A stretch of 20,000 nucleotides of DNA from an uncultured virus (IMG/VR IMGVR_UViG_3300043932_000239). Lineage: Duplodnaviria; Heunggongvirae; Uroviricota; Caudoviricetes. The stretch lies in the IMG/VR virus record IMGVR_UViG_3300043932_000239, one strand, 5' to 3'. Below are positions 9,201 through 16,817 of this stretch, piece by piece. Below the pieces are notes generated by a model. The model was not told where the DNA came from, did not search any database, and saw only the letters and a program-made list of their open reading frames with translations. The first letter of the stretch is position 1; each line of letters opens with the position of its first letter. Made by a program: the position numbers and the translations under genes.

Positions 9201-12200
9201 ACCGCGAGCTCTACCGGCAGGGCATCCGCCGGATCATCGCCCGGGAGCACACGGCCCTGCTGGAACGCGAGGAGCGGGAGGACCTGGAGCGCTCCTTCAT
9301 CCAGAACACCTCGCCCGTCGACCCGAACGTCCTGGCCTGCACGCCGACCCTGGAGCTGGGCGTCGACATCGGCGACCTGTCCACCGTCGCCCTGGCGTCG
9401 GTCCCACGGACGTCGGCGAACTACCTCCAGCGCGTGGGCCGGGCCGGACGCTCCGACGGCAACGCCTTCGTCCTGACCGCGGCGCACGTCAGGCCCTCCA
9501 CCGAGCAGCGATTCGCGGATCCGCTGGACCTCATCGACGGACCGGTCCGCCCGCCCGCCGCCTACCTGCGGGCCACCGAACTGGTGCGCCGCCAGTTCCT
9601 GGCCTCCGTCCTGGACCGCGCCTCCCGCACCGGGGAGCTCGGCTCCGCGCCCGGCCTGTACCCGGAGCTCATGCGCCAGGGACTGGAGGAGGGGACCTGG
9701 CTGAGACGGCTCGTCGACCTGGTGCGGGCCGACGGGCCCGCCCTCGTCGATGAGTTCCTGTCCGCGTTCCCGCCCGAGGCGCGCGACTCGCGCGACTCGT
9801 TGCTGGCGTACGCGAGCGACGAGCTGGAGGGGCAGTGCCAGGACCTCATCGACCGGTGGCAGGCGAAGCGGCGGACGCTGCGCGCGCGCATCGACGAGGT
9901 CTCCCAGACCGTGAGGGACCTGGAGGGTCGCGGGCACCTGGACGACTCGGAGAAGAACGACCTGGACCGGTGCCGGGGCGAGGTCCGCGGGCTGGTCCTG
10001 CAGAGCGAGCGGCACAACGGGACCAGTCGCAGCCAGGACCCCGAGGAGCTGTTCACCTCGATGGCGCGGGAGGGGCTGCTCCCGACCTACAACCTGGTCG
10101 ATGACGGGACGGACCTGGAGGCCCACCTGTGGTGGCGGGCGGAGGACGACTCGACGACGGCGAAACCGGAGGCCCTGGACCTCACGTACTCCCGCCCGGC
10201 GGAGACCGCGCTCACCGAGCTGGCCCCCGGGTCCTGGTTCTACGCCGGCGGGCGCCGGCTCCAGGTCGATGCCGTCGAACGCGGCATCATCGGGGACGAC
10301 GCCCCCGCGATGCGCGCGATCTGCCCGGACTGCGGGTGGCTGGGCGACCTCACGGACGTGTGCCCCCACTGCGGGTCCGTCGGCGTGGCCGAGGTCGGGC
10401 AGCACGCCGTCACGATGCCGTTGAAGGCCGTGAGCTCCCAGGCGAACCTGGACGACACGACGATCACGGACCAGCAGGACGAGCGCGTCCGCACCCGCTA
10501 TCTCACGGCCACCTCCATCGAGGCGGAGGAGGTGACCCGCGCCTGGCGGTCGACCCGCACGACCTTCGGTGCCGAGATGCTGGGCCGGGCGACGATCCGC
10601 CGCTACAACCTGGGGAGGCCGGTATCCGGGGGACGGCGCGTGAGGATCGCGGGTGTGGAGTACTCGGCCCCCGGGTTCGAGGTCTGCGCCGGGTGCGGCG
10701 TCGTCCGTGAGCGTGAGCAGGCGGAGGACCGGGTCCGTCACCGCGGGTACTGCCCCTCGCGCCGAGGAGTGGAGACCGACTACGACACGATGTACTTCAC
10801 CCACACCCTGTCAACCCAGGCCGTGCGGATTCTGCTGCCCGAGCTGGCGGCCGTGGACGACGCCGAGCGGATCGCGTTCCAGGCCGCCGTGCAGCTGGGG
10901 GTGCGGGAGGACTTCGGCGGTGACCCGCACCACCTGACGGTCGACTCGCCGGTGGAGAGCGGTGAGGAGGGGCGGCGCGCCTACCTGGTGCTGGCCGACA
11001 CCGTGCCCGGAGGCACCGGCTACTTGGACCGCTACGCCGATCCGGCCGCCCTGCGCGAGATCCTTCAGAAAGCCCGGACGGTCCTGGAGACCTGTCCATG
11101 CAACGAGACCGGACAGGACGGGTGCCACCACTGCGTGCTCGGGGTCGTCGGGGACGCCGACCTGGGCTCCGCCTCCCGGGACCGCAGCCTGTCGGCGATC
11201 ACGGCCCTGCTGGACGACTGGGAGACGGAGGACATCGGCTCCCTGGATGACATCGACATCGAGCAGCACCCGGAGTCCGTCTTGGAGGCCCACTTCATGG
11301 ACTACCTCCAGCAGTGGACGGAGGCGCGTCGCGGTCGATTCACCCGGGCCAGGGGGGCCGGAGGATTCCGCAACGGGCATCTCACGATCGAGGTCGACGG
11401 GCAGGTGCGCACGTGGGACGTCCGCGCGCAGGGACACGCCGGGTCAGGGTCGCTGCAGACAATGCCGGACTACCGGCTGTCCCGCCCGGACGTCCCGGGT
11501 TCGTCCACGATCGAGGTCTACCTGGACGGCCAGCGCTACCACGCGAACATCGGGGACACGAACCGGACGGCGGACGATGCGCGCAAACGCAACGGGCTGC
11601 GCGGTGACCGCCATCTGGTCTGGTCGCTGAGCTGGGACGATGTCGAATCGGCGCTCACTCGGTTGACGAACCCCGCGAAGGCCGAGGACGGGGTGTGGCT
11701 CCCCCCGGAGACTCGCGCGAAGGTCGCGGCCGCACTCCCAGACGATGCCGGCAAAGTGAGCGCCCTCGCGGGCGGCCCCCTGGAGCTGTTGACCACGGTC
11801 CTCACGGACCCGGACTCCTCGTTCTGGGGGCGCAGCGCCCTGGCCCTGGCGAAGGTCCTCATGATGACGGGGAGAGGCGCGAGTTCCGTGCGCCCGGTTC
11901 CCGTCGCCCACTCGCGCGCGCAGGCGATGGTCGATGCCATGGTGAGAGAGACCCTGGGGTTCGATGCCGTGCCCGTTCCGCGTGGAACAGCCGCGGACTC
12001 GATGATCGCCTCAACACAGGGGCCAAGCGGGCTCCCCGTGTGGGTGCTTTCCGGGGTGGTGCCCGCGGAGATCGACGACCACCTGGGGATCCTCACGGTC
12101 CTGGACGACCGGGACGGGGTGAGCGGGGGCGAGGACCACCTGGCCCAGTGGCAGGATTGGCTGCGCCTGTCGAACATCCTCCAGATGCTGGTCGTCACCC

Positions 12201-12742
12201 CGGACGGAGGCGGGCACACCGGACGCTACTTCGGGGCGTGGACCGCGAAGAGTCTGGCGGACTTCGAGAGCCAGGACCTGCCGCTCACCCATATGGGCGA
12301 GGAACCCGTGCTCGTGCTCGCCGGCGTGGGGCATCCGGAGCAGCGCAGCGCTGCGGAGCCGGTGCCTGCGCCCGCCCCGGGCGCTGTGCCGACGCCGGAG
12401 GCGGCGCCCGGCGGAGCCGGGCCGTCCTCGTCGATGGGGGAACCCGACCCCGCCTGGGATAAGGCGCTGGAGTTGTGCGTGGCCAGTATGCGGCCCTTCC
12501 TCGAGGACATCCGGGCGGCCGGTCTGCCCGCGCCGGTCGTCGGCGAGGAGCTGGAGTCGGGGGAGACGTTCTTCCCCGTCGAAGCGCAGTGGGGTGTGGA
12601 CGGTGCGCTGGTCGCGCTCAATCCGGAACCGGATGCGGAGCGGGACGCAGCCCTGGTGGCCGCGGGATTCACCGTCCTGGACGTGCGCATGGGAGTGGAG
12701 CGCGTGATCGCGGCGCTTGCGAGGGAAGGAGCTGACCGATGA
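6203..12742 (+). CDS. Large SF2 DEAD/DEAH (YprA/DrmA-like) helicase fused to DUF1998/MrfA Zn-binding domain and a C-terminal restriction-endonuclease-like domain
   Basis: Motif I TGTGSGKT, Ia LYPMNALV.DQ, 'ILLTNYKMLD', II DEFH, III SAT, 'FTDSVQDAAHRA', V 'TPTLELGVDIG', VI 'QRVGRAGR'. Several CxxC pairs. DUF1998 'DTVPGGTGY...CPC....DGCHHC' (~10990-11135). Nuclease-like 'PDY.L......IEVYLDG..YH...DD..KR..LR.....VWSLSWDDV' (~11460-11645). TGATG overlap with the MTase stop; SD GAGAGGGAG at 6186-6194. Confidence 0.93.
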   Translation: MTQPTETPSSVFAATAPFAPTLPSLLAEEVQDALTEYLTTTYALGDQETRDALGRFLRDPETGIFRGPYYRLRLPFRPAPEGWRNPLGWLPDRFVPHAHQAAAFDRLTSLGRVPQPTLVTTGTGSGKTESFLLPLLDHARRAAAEGAPGITALVLYPMNALVTDQARRIADYVASSPELSDVRVGLYIGGNGRNRTMGADHIIDHREELQARPPQILLTNYKMLDLLLLDPRHRGLWAGAAESLQYLVLDEFHTYDGAQGSDVAMLLRRLGMALGIAEEGRPLGRVTPVATSATLGDAGDTAPMRELARTVFGCDFPPDCVITESRRTPEEFLPPDDEGSHDLVPPRPEVLADLPAPESERPESWIPLVRCVFGQRATEVMSGGLPDPVLVGHLLTKHPVTRLLLEAMGTHPAAPDAILRTLQVRTLNLFPWYSDDSAVQARNIRALGRLLALYSFARVQTPRGLRSFLEVQVQLWVRDVSHLLRVVDESPRFNWEVGANRDPERKYLPAAYCRTCGASGWMSMVQEASDALEAGAGEIWKAAPDLRRRSRIRVLMTGGEDADCRYLDPDTLELLGPATPAQDREEKHLIRVHTPLTGDDATRETCPACGSRDSVRFVGTSAATLLSVCLTQEFGSTHLPESEKKTLVFTDSVQDAAHRAAFIEARAFTFNLRGALVKKLGELGGAATLTDLADSLGRGRAGRGRLDDKDLYLVTPPDFTRRRNLSGTWLTPDPNGEKHKKLAERLVQETHLEAGLGSRIGRTLLMTGTWSLDLDVDVQGLAEEMAEAHRNSQGFLPDSNTGERTGTQAYAVWIYGVLSHLREAGGISHSYLTRLRQGNLARWHVGGGARGTDMRRFGPGRPAPGFLSAGGAAQDRGRETDEIPLSGTTRTWLGDWTRKCLADTGTGVGRLLGDLAEACVRRGVLDRVAMKNGGLNFGLLPDKVLVSLEEPVRLACSDCDHVEIVAPGRVTLWEGAPCPRMRCMGTLSVATEARPEGTFYRELYRQGIRRIIAREHTALLEREEREDLERSFIQNTSPVDPNVLACTPTLELGVDIGDLSTVALASVPRTSANYLQRVGRAGRSDGNAFVLTAAHVRPSTEQRFADPLDLIDGPVRPPAAYLRATELVRRQFLASVLDRASRTGELGSAPGLYPELMRQGLEEGTWLRRLVDLVRADGPALVDEFLSAFPPEARDSRDSLLAYASDELEGQCQDLIDRWQAKRRTLRARIDEVSQTVRDLEGRGHLDDSEKNDLDRCRGEVRGLVLQSERHNGTSRSQDPEELFTSMAREGLLPTYNLVDDGTDLEAHLWWRAEDDSTTAKPEALDLTYSRPAETALTELAPGSWFYAGGRRLQVDAVERGIIGDDAPAMRAICPDCGWLGDLTDVCPHCGSVGVAEVGQHAVTMPLKAVSSQANLDDTTITDQQDERVRTRYLTATSIEAEEVTRAWRSTRTTFGAEMLGRATIRRYNLGRPVSGGRRVRIAGVEYSAPGFEVCAGCGVVREREQAEDRVRHRGYCPSRRGVETDYDTMYFTHTLSTQAVRILLPELAAVDDAERIAFQAAVQLGVREDFGGDPHHLTVDSPVESGEEGRRAYLVLADTVPGGTGYLDRYADPAALREILQKARTVLETCPCNETGQDGCHHCVLGVVGDADLGSASRDRSLSAITALLDDWETEDIGSLDDIDIEQHPESVLEAHFMDYLQQWTEARRGRFTRARGAGGFRNGHLTIEVDGQVRTWDVRAQGHAGSGSLQTMPDYRLSRPDVPGSSTIEVYLDGQRYHANIGDTNRTADDARKRNGLRGDRHLVWSLSWDDVESALTRLTNPAKAEDGVWLPPETRAKVAAALPDDAGKVSALAGGPLELLTTVLTDPDSSFWGRSALALAKVLMMTGRGASSVRPVPVAHSRAQAMVDAMVRETLGFDAVPVPRGTAADSMIASTQGPSGLPVWVLSGVVPAEIDDHLGILTVLDDRDGVSGGEDHLAQWQDWLRLSNILQMLVVTPDGGGHTGRYFGAWTAKSLADFESQDLPLTHMGEEPVLVLAGVGHPEQRSAAEPVPAPAPGAVPTPEAAPGGAGPSSSMGEPDPAWDKALELCVASMRPFLEDIRAAGLPAPVVGEELESGETFFPVEAQWGVDGALVALNPEPDAERDAALVAAGFTVLDVRMGVERVIAALAREGADR

Positions 12743-14952
12743 CCCGGTCGATCGTCATGTCGAAGCAGTTCGCCGACGAGACGGCGAAGATGGATGGGAC
12801 CCTCAAACAGAAGGTGCTCACCTTCATGGGGAAGTTCCAGCGCGGCGTCGACGGGGGGCTGGACCTCAAGCAGCCGAAGAGCGCGCGGAGCAGCGCGGTG
12901 TTCACTGCGCGCGTCAACGACAACTACCGGGCGGTCCTGGCCGATGTCGGGGGCGAGGCATGGGCGCTCATCAGCGTGCGGCCGCACGATGACGCGTACA
13001 CGTTCGCCGGGACGCTGCGAGTCGAGGTCAACCCCCGGACCGGCGGATTCGACATCATCGACGAGACGGCCCTGGCCACGGCGCGGGCGCTCGCGGCGGG
13101 GACGACGCGGGTGGCGGAGGCGCCGGACGCGCCCACCGTCCAGGAAGCGACGACGGAGCCAGAGCCTGAGCTGGTGGAGTTGGATGAGGATGAGCTCCTG
13201 TCGGTCGGGCTGGACCCGGAGACGGCGCATTCGCTGGCCGGGTCGGCCAACCGGAGGCAGGCCGAGGCGGTGGCGGAGAACCTGCCGACCGCGCAGGGGG
13301 CGGCCTTACTCGACGTGCTGGCGGGACGGCCGATCACGGAGATCCAGGCGGACTACATGGCGCCGGAGCCCGTGGACACGGGCGATGTCCAAGCGGCGCT
13401 CAAGCGGCCGGTGTCACAGATGACGTTCGTCGACATGGAGGACGCTCAGGCCGTCCAGGCGGCGATGAGCGGCAGCCTGGAGGCGTGGCGGGTGTGGTTG
13501 CATCCGGCGCAGCGGGCGCTGGCCGACCACGGACCGTGGAAGGGATCCTTCCGCGTGACGGGGGGCGCCGGGACAGGCAAGACGGTGACCGCGGTGCATC
13601 GGGCCGTCCACCTGGCGTCCCAGCCGGGGCTGACGCGTGTTCCCGGAGCCCGGTTCGCGCCGGTCGTGTTCGTGACGTACACGCGGAACCTGGCGACGGC
13701 GATCGAGTCGCAGGTGCGCACCGTCATCCGCTCGGGCGACGTCACCGGGGACGAGGCCGCGAAGAAGGAGCAGGACCGCGTCGCCCACAACATCGAGGTG
13801 CTGAGCACCGACGCGCTGGCGCGGCGGATCGCGGACCTGGACCCGGCGCTGGCGGAGGTCGTGGGAAAGGGACGGCCGGCGACGTCCACGGAGCTGGGGC
13901 GTGCGTGCGCGGACGCCGTGATCGGCACGTCGGTGGAGCCGGGGTTCCTGGCCGAGGAGTGGGAGCAGGTGGTTCTCGGCGGAGGTCTCACCTCGCGGGA
14001 TCAGTACCTGGCCGTCGCGCGGTCGGGACGAGGGCGGCGACTGTCGCGGGCCCAGCGCGTCGAAGTCTGGACGTGCGTGGACCGGTTGACCACGGAGCTG
14101 TCCGTGATGAACCGGTATACGTGGGAGCAGCTGCGGGATCTGGTGGCGCGGGCGCTGGAGGCGGATGAGCGGGAGGACGGCTCTGGAGCGGGACTACGGG
14201 CTCGGACCGGCGTTCGGCACTTGGTTGTCGACGAGGCGCAGGACCTCACGGCGTCGCACTGGCGGATGCTGCGGGCGTTGGTGCCGGCGGGGCCCGACGA
14301 CCTGTTCATCGCGGGCGACGCCCACCAGCGGATCTACGGGCGGCCGGTGCCGCTGTCGCGGTTCGGGATCGAGACGCGAGGGCGTTCGCGTCGGCTGACG
14401 GTCAACTACCGGACGTCGCGGGAGATCCTGCGGTGGTCGCTCGGAGTGGCGGACGTTGGGGCCGATGATCTGGATGACGAGGTGGACCCGTTGACGGGGG
14501 AACGGTCGGTGTTCTCGGGGCCAGCGGTGGACGTCATCGGGCAGGGTGCGCTCGCGGACCTGGGCCGCGATCCTGATGGAGCGATGGTGCGCTGGATCAG
14601 GGGTCTGCTCGACGAAGTGGATGACGACGGTGCGCGGAAGTACTGGCCGCGCGACATCGCCGTGGTGCGGATGGACAACCGCGGCGTGGCGGACACCGTC
14701 GGGGTGCTCGCGGACGCCGGTATCGACGCGGTCGAGGTCAAGGGCGGCACCGACGAGGAACGCCTGGACGACGCCGTGCGCGTCATGACCATGCACCGGG
14801 CGAAGGGTCTGGAGTACAAGGCCGTCGTCATCCGCGACGGCGACCAGATGCCGTCCGAGGAGGAGGCGGCGCGTGACGTGGAGAAGCGGAGGTTGCGGAA
14901 CCTGTTCTACGTGGCGGGGACGAGGGCGCGGGAGAGGTTGCTGGAGTGTTGA
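12739..14952 (+). CDS. UvrD-like SF1 helicase with N-terminal RelE/ParE-like domain
   Basis: 'VWLHPAQR', Walker A 'GGAGTGKT' (~13561), 'VTYTRNLA', 'VVDEAQD', 'AGDAHQRIY', 'LTVNYRT', 'VMTMHRAKGLEY', 'LFYVAGTRARERL'. The first ~90 aa ('IVMSKQF...KQKV..FMGKF...GLDLKQ...VFTARVNDNYRAVL') resemble a RelE fold. ATGA overlap with the upstream helicase. Confidence 0.9.
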   Translation: MTRSIVMSKQFADETAKMDGTLKQKVLTFMGKFQRGVDGGLDLKQPKSARSSAVFTARVNDNYRAVLADVGGEAWALISVRPHDDAYTFAGTLRVEVNPRTGGFDIIDETALATARALAAGTTRVAEAPDAPTVQEATTEPEPELVELDEDELLSVGLDPETAHSLAGSANRRQAEAVAENLPTAQGAALLDVLAGRPITEIQADYMAPEPVDTGDVQAALKRPVSQMTFVDMEDAQAVQAAMSGSLEAWRVWLHPAQRALADHGPWKGSFRVTGGAGTGKTVTAVHRAVHLASQPGLTRVPGARFAPVVFVTYTRNLATAIESQVRTVIRSGDVTGDEAAKKEQDRVAHNIEVLSTDALARRIADLDPALAEVVGKGRPATSTELGRACADAVIGTSVEPGFLAEEWEQVVLGGGLTSRDQYLAVARSGRGRRLSRAQRVEVWTCVDRLTTELSVMNRYTWEQLRDLVARALEADEREDGSGAGLRARTGVRHLVVDEAQDLTASHWRMLRALVPAGPDDLFIAGDAHQRIYGRPVPLSRFGIETRGRSRRLTVNYRTSREILRWSLGVADVGADDLDDEVDPLTGERSVFSGPAVDVIGQGALADLGRDPDGAMVRWIRGLLDEVDDDGARKYWPRDIAVVRMDNRGVADTVGVLADAGIDAVEVKGGTDEERLDDAVRVMTMHRAKGLEYKAVVIRDGDQMPSEEEAARDVEKRRLRNLFYVAGTRARERLLEC

Positions 14953-14995
14953 TCATCTGAGTTGCGCGGAGCACGACCCGGTGAAAGAGGCACAG

Positions 14996-15019
14996 TCGAT
15001 ATAGGAGTACTCATATCGA
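14996..15019. promoter_or_regulatory. Bulged palindrome upstream of the GIY-YIG gene (possible operator)
   Basis: TCGATAT[AG]GAGT|ACTCATATCGA has 11-bp arms with a 2-nt bulge, in an AT-richer intergenic gap. SD-like GAGAGGAAGGG follows before ATG 15047. Confidence 0.35.
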
Positions 15020-15046
15020 GACGTATCGTCGAGAGGAAGGGCAGCG

Positions 15047-16033
15047 ATGCCGCAGGGTAAGCAAGTCAAGATGTTCCTTGTTGACGGAACGTCGAGCGGG
15101 CTGGTAACTGCGCAGATCACGAACTGGACCGGACACGTGATGAAGGGGCTGCGGCGGGATTTGGCCAGGATCCGAAAGCGCCCGGAGGCGACGCGCACGG
15201 GGGTCTACATTTTGTTGGGACCAGACCTTGAGGTGGCCGATGGCACCTTGGCCTACATCGGGCAAGCCGATGAAATCGCGAAGCGCTTGGGCCAACATGA
15301 CAGGGATGAGGACAAGAACTTCTTCCAGGACGTGGTTGTCATCACGTCGAAGGATGAGAACTTGACGAGTGCCCATGTCCGGTACTTGGAGGCACGGCTC
15401 ATTGCCATCGCGAAGGCTCAGTCGCGAGCTCGGCTGACCAACGGGAATGACGCTACTCAGGTGTCGCTCCCAGAGGGCGATGTCTCGGACATGGAGTACT
15501 TCATCGAGCAGTTGCGGATGTTGCTTCCTGTCCTTGGAGTCAACCTGTTTCGTGGTCGAGCGGCCGAGAACGCTGCGGCAGCGAAGTGTCAAGCAGTTCC
15601 CACGAAGAATGAACATGGTGATGGTTGGCAGTCTGGATCCGTGAGGGAAGACTCACCGGTCTTTCACCTCCGCCTGAAGAAGTGGCATGTCGACGCCTCT
15701 GCACAGGTGGTTGACGGAGAGTTCACGGTACTGCAAGGGTCGAGTGCCCGAAAAGACATGCCGGATGCCTCCGACGCGATGGCAATGAGCACCTCCAACC
15801 AGCATCGGCTCCGTCGAGCACATAGGCGGAGACTCTTTGATGATGGGACGCTTCAAGTCGACGGAGATGCTGCCAGGTTCACCCGTGACTGCGTGTTCTC
15901 TTCCCCGTCGATTGCGGCAGCCGTCGTGGTAGGGCGCGCGAGCTCCAATGGCCGGATCGAGTGGAAGGACGACAAGGGACGAACTTACGGCGAATGGGAA
16001 TCTGATGACACTAATGAGTCGCCGGAGACCTGA
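15047..16033 (+). CDS. GIY-YIG nuclease family protein with C-terminal DUF4357 (RAMA-like) domain
   Basis: 'TGVYILLG...AYIGQAD.I.KRL.QH...K.FF..VVVITSKDENLT.AHVRYLEARLI...LTNGN'. C-terminal 'FTVLQGS.A...FTRDCVFSSPS.AAAVV.GR.SSNGRIEWK...G.TY'. Confidence 0.9.
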   Translation: MPQGKQVKMFLVDGTSSGLVTAQITNWTGHVMKGLRRDLARIRKRPEATRTGVYILLGPDLEVADGTLAYIGQADEIAKRLGQHDRDEDKNFFQDVVVITSKDENLTSAHVRYLEARLIAIAKAQSRARLTNGNDATQVSLPEGDVSDMEYFIEQLRMLLPVLGVNLFRGRAAENAAAAKCQAVPTKNEHGDGWQSGSVREDSPVFHLRLKKWHVDASAQVVDGEFTVLQGSSARKDMPDASDAMAMSTSNQHRLRRAHRRRLFDDGTLQVDGDAARFTRDCVFSSPSIAAAVVVGRASSNGRIEWKDDKGRTYGEWESDDTNESPET

Positions 16034-16085
16034 GAACTGTGGCTTCTCCCGAACGTTGCGAGGGCGAGCCTTGAGTCATGCCCGT

Positions 16086-16817
16086 TCAGTGGCACATGTC
16101 CGCAGCGGCACCGTCCTCGTCCGTCGAAGGACGTCGCCAGCAGAGTCGCTGGGCGTCGGCGACGAAGCGTTCCCAGGAATGACTGGTGCCCACAGGACCC
16201 TTGGCTTGAGCACAGATGCTCTGCGCGATCTGTTCGGAATCGGACTCACGATAGGTTCGTGTCGTCTTCCCGGTGAGCGCAATGAGGCGACCCTTCGGAT
16301 CTGAGATTACCTCGACGTCTCCGCCTGGGAAACGAAGATCCCTCCAAGCGCCGGGTGCGACAGCTCGGACGGCGTCGGGGAAGAGAAACCACCAGGCTTC
16401 GGTCATCTGCACCGGGACGACCGGGATCGATGTGAACTCCCCGAGATACTTCGCGACATCCCGGGTGAGGGCATCATACTGAGCTCCCGCTGGGTCAGGC
16501 CCGTCAGCATCTCTGTGGATGACAATTGCGATGACGCGGGCGAGTTCCCCTCTCGCCACCTTCTCCACGTTCGACAGCCAGCTGCGAACGGCGTTGTCCC
16601 GCGCCGTACGCGTGAGAGAGACGGGCCGCTTCATCGCCTTGATGTCGCAGGTCCTGGCGAGTTCGGAGTTGACGAACCGGAGGAGGTGTTTGAGGGCTTT
16701 CGCGTCGTTGCTCCCCTGGGAGCCGGCGGCCCTCGTCCCTTCGCCGAAGACCAGAACGACGGGACGTCGGCTGTGTCGGGCAGCGCCACGATCGTCGTTT
16801 GAGTACCTCCTACTCAT
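16086..16817 (-). CDS. TOPRIM-fold putative nuclease (DUF4276/RloB-like), partner of the ABC ATPase
   Basis: 'VVLVFGEG...ND...LKHLL' (TOPRIM Glu), 'IVIHRDADG' (DxD), 'PVVPVQMTEAWW', 'VEVISDPK..L', 'Y.ESDS..IA'. Start reassigned to ATG 16817, which overlaps the ATPase stop TAG (16810-16812). Confidence 0.72.
   Translation of the reverse strand: MSRRYSNDDRGAARHSRRPVVLVFGEGTRAAGSQGSNDAKALKHLLRFVNSELARTCDIKAMKRPVSLTRTARDNAVRSWLSNVEKVARGELARVIAIVIHRDADGPDPAGAQYDALTRDVAKYLGEFTSIPVVPVQMTEAWWFLFPDAVRAVAPGAWRDLRFPGGDVEVISDPKGRLIALTGKTTRTYRESDSEQIAQSICAQAKGPVGTSHSWERFVADAQRLCWRRPSTDEDGAAADMCH

Noticed and set aside
8522..10804. 760-aa minus-strand ORF and many other overlapping ORFs (e.g. 6184-7509, 8875-9753, 12226-13230, 17191-17973)
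   Set aside because: Shadow ORFs of GC-rich genes: antisense or off-frame to motif-rich CDSs, with low-complexity R/G/P/A composition and no domain motifs.
2997..14952. Assignment as BREX (PglX), canonical DISARM or Druantia
   Set aside because: No PglZ or BrxC, no separate DrmB, no PLD DrmC, no SNF2 DrmD and no recognisable Druantia accessory genes in the window. Gene symbols are therefore withheld.
16034..16085. Bidirectional terminator between convergent GIY-YIG and TOPRIM genes
   Set aside because: No convincing stem-loop or T-tract is visible.
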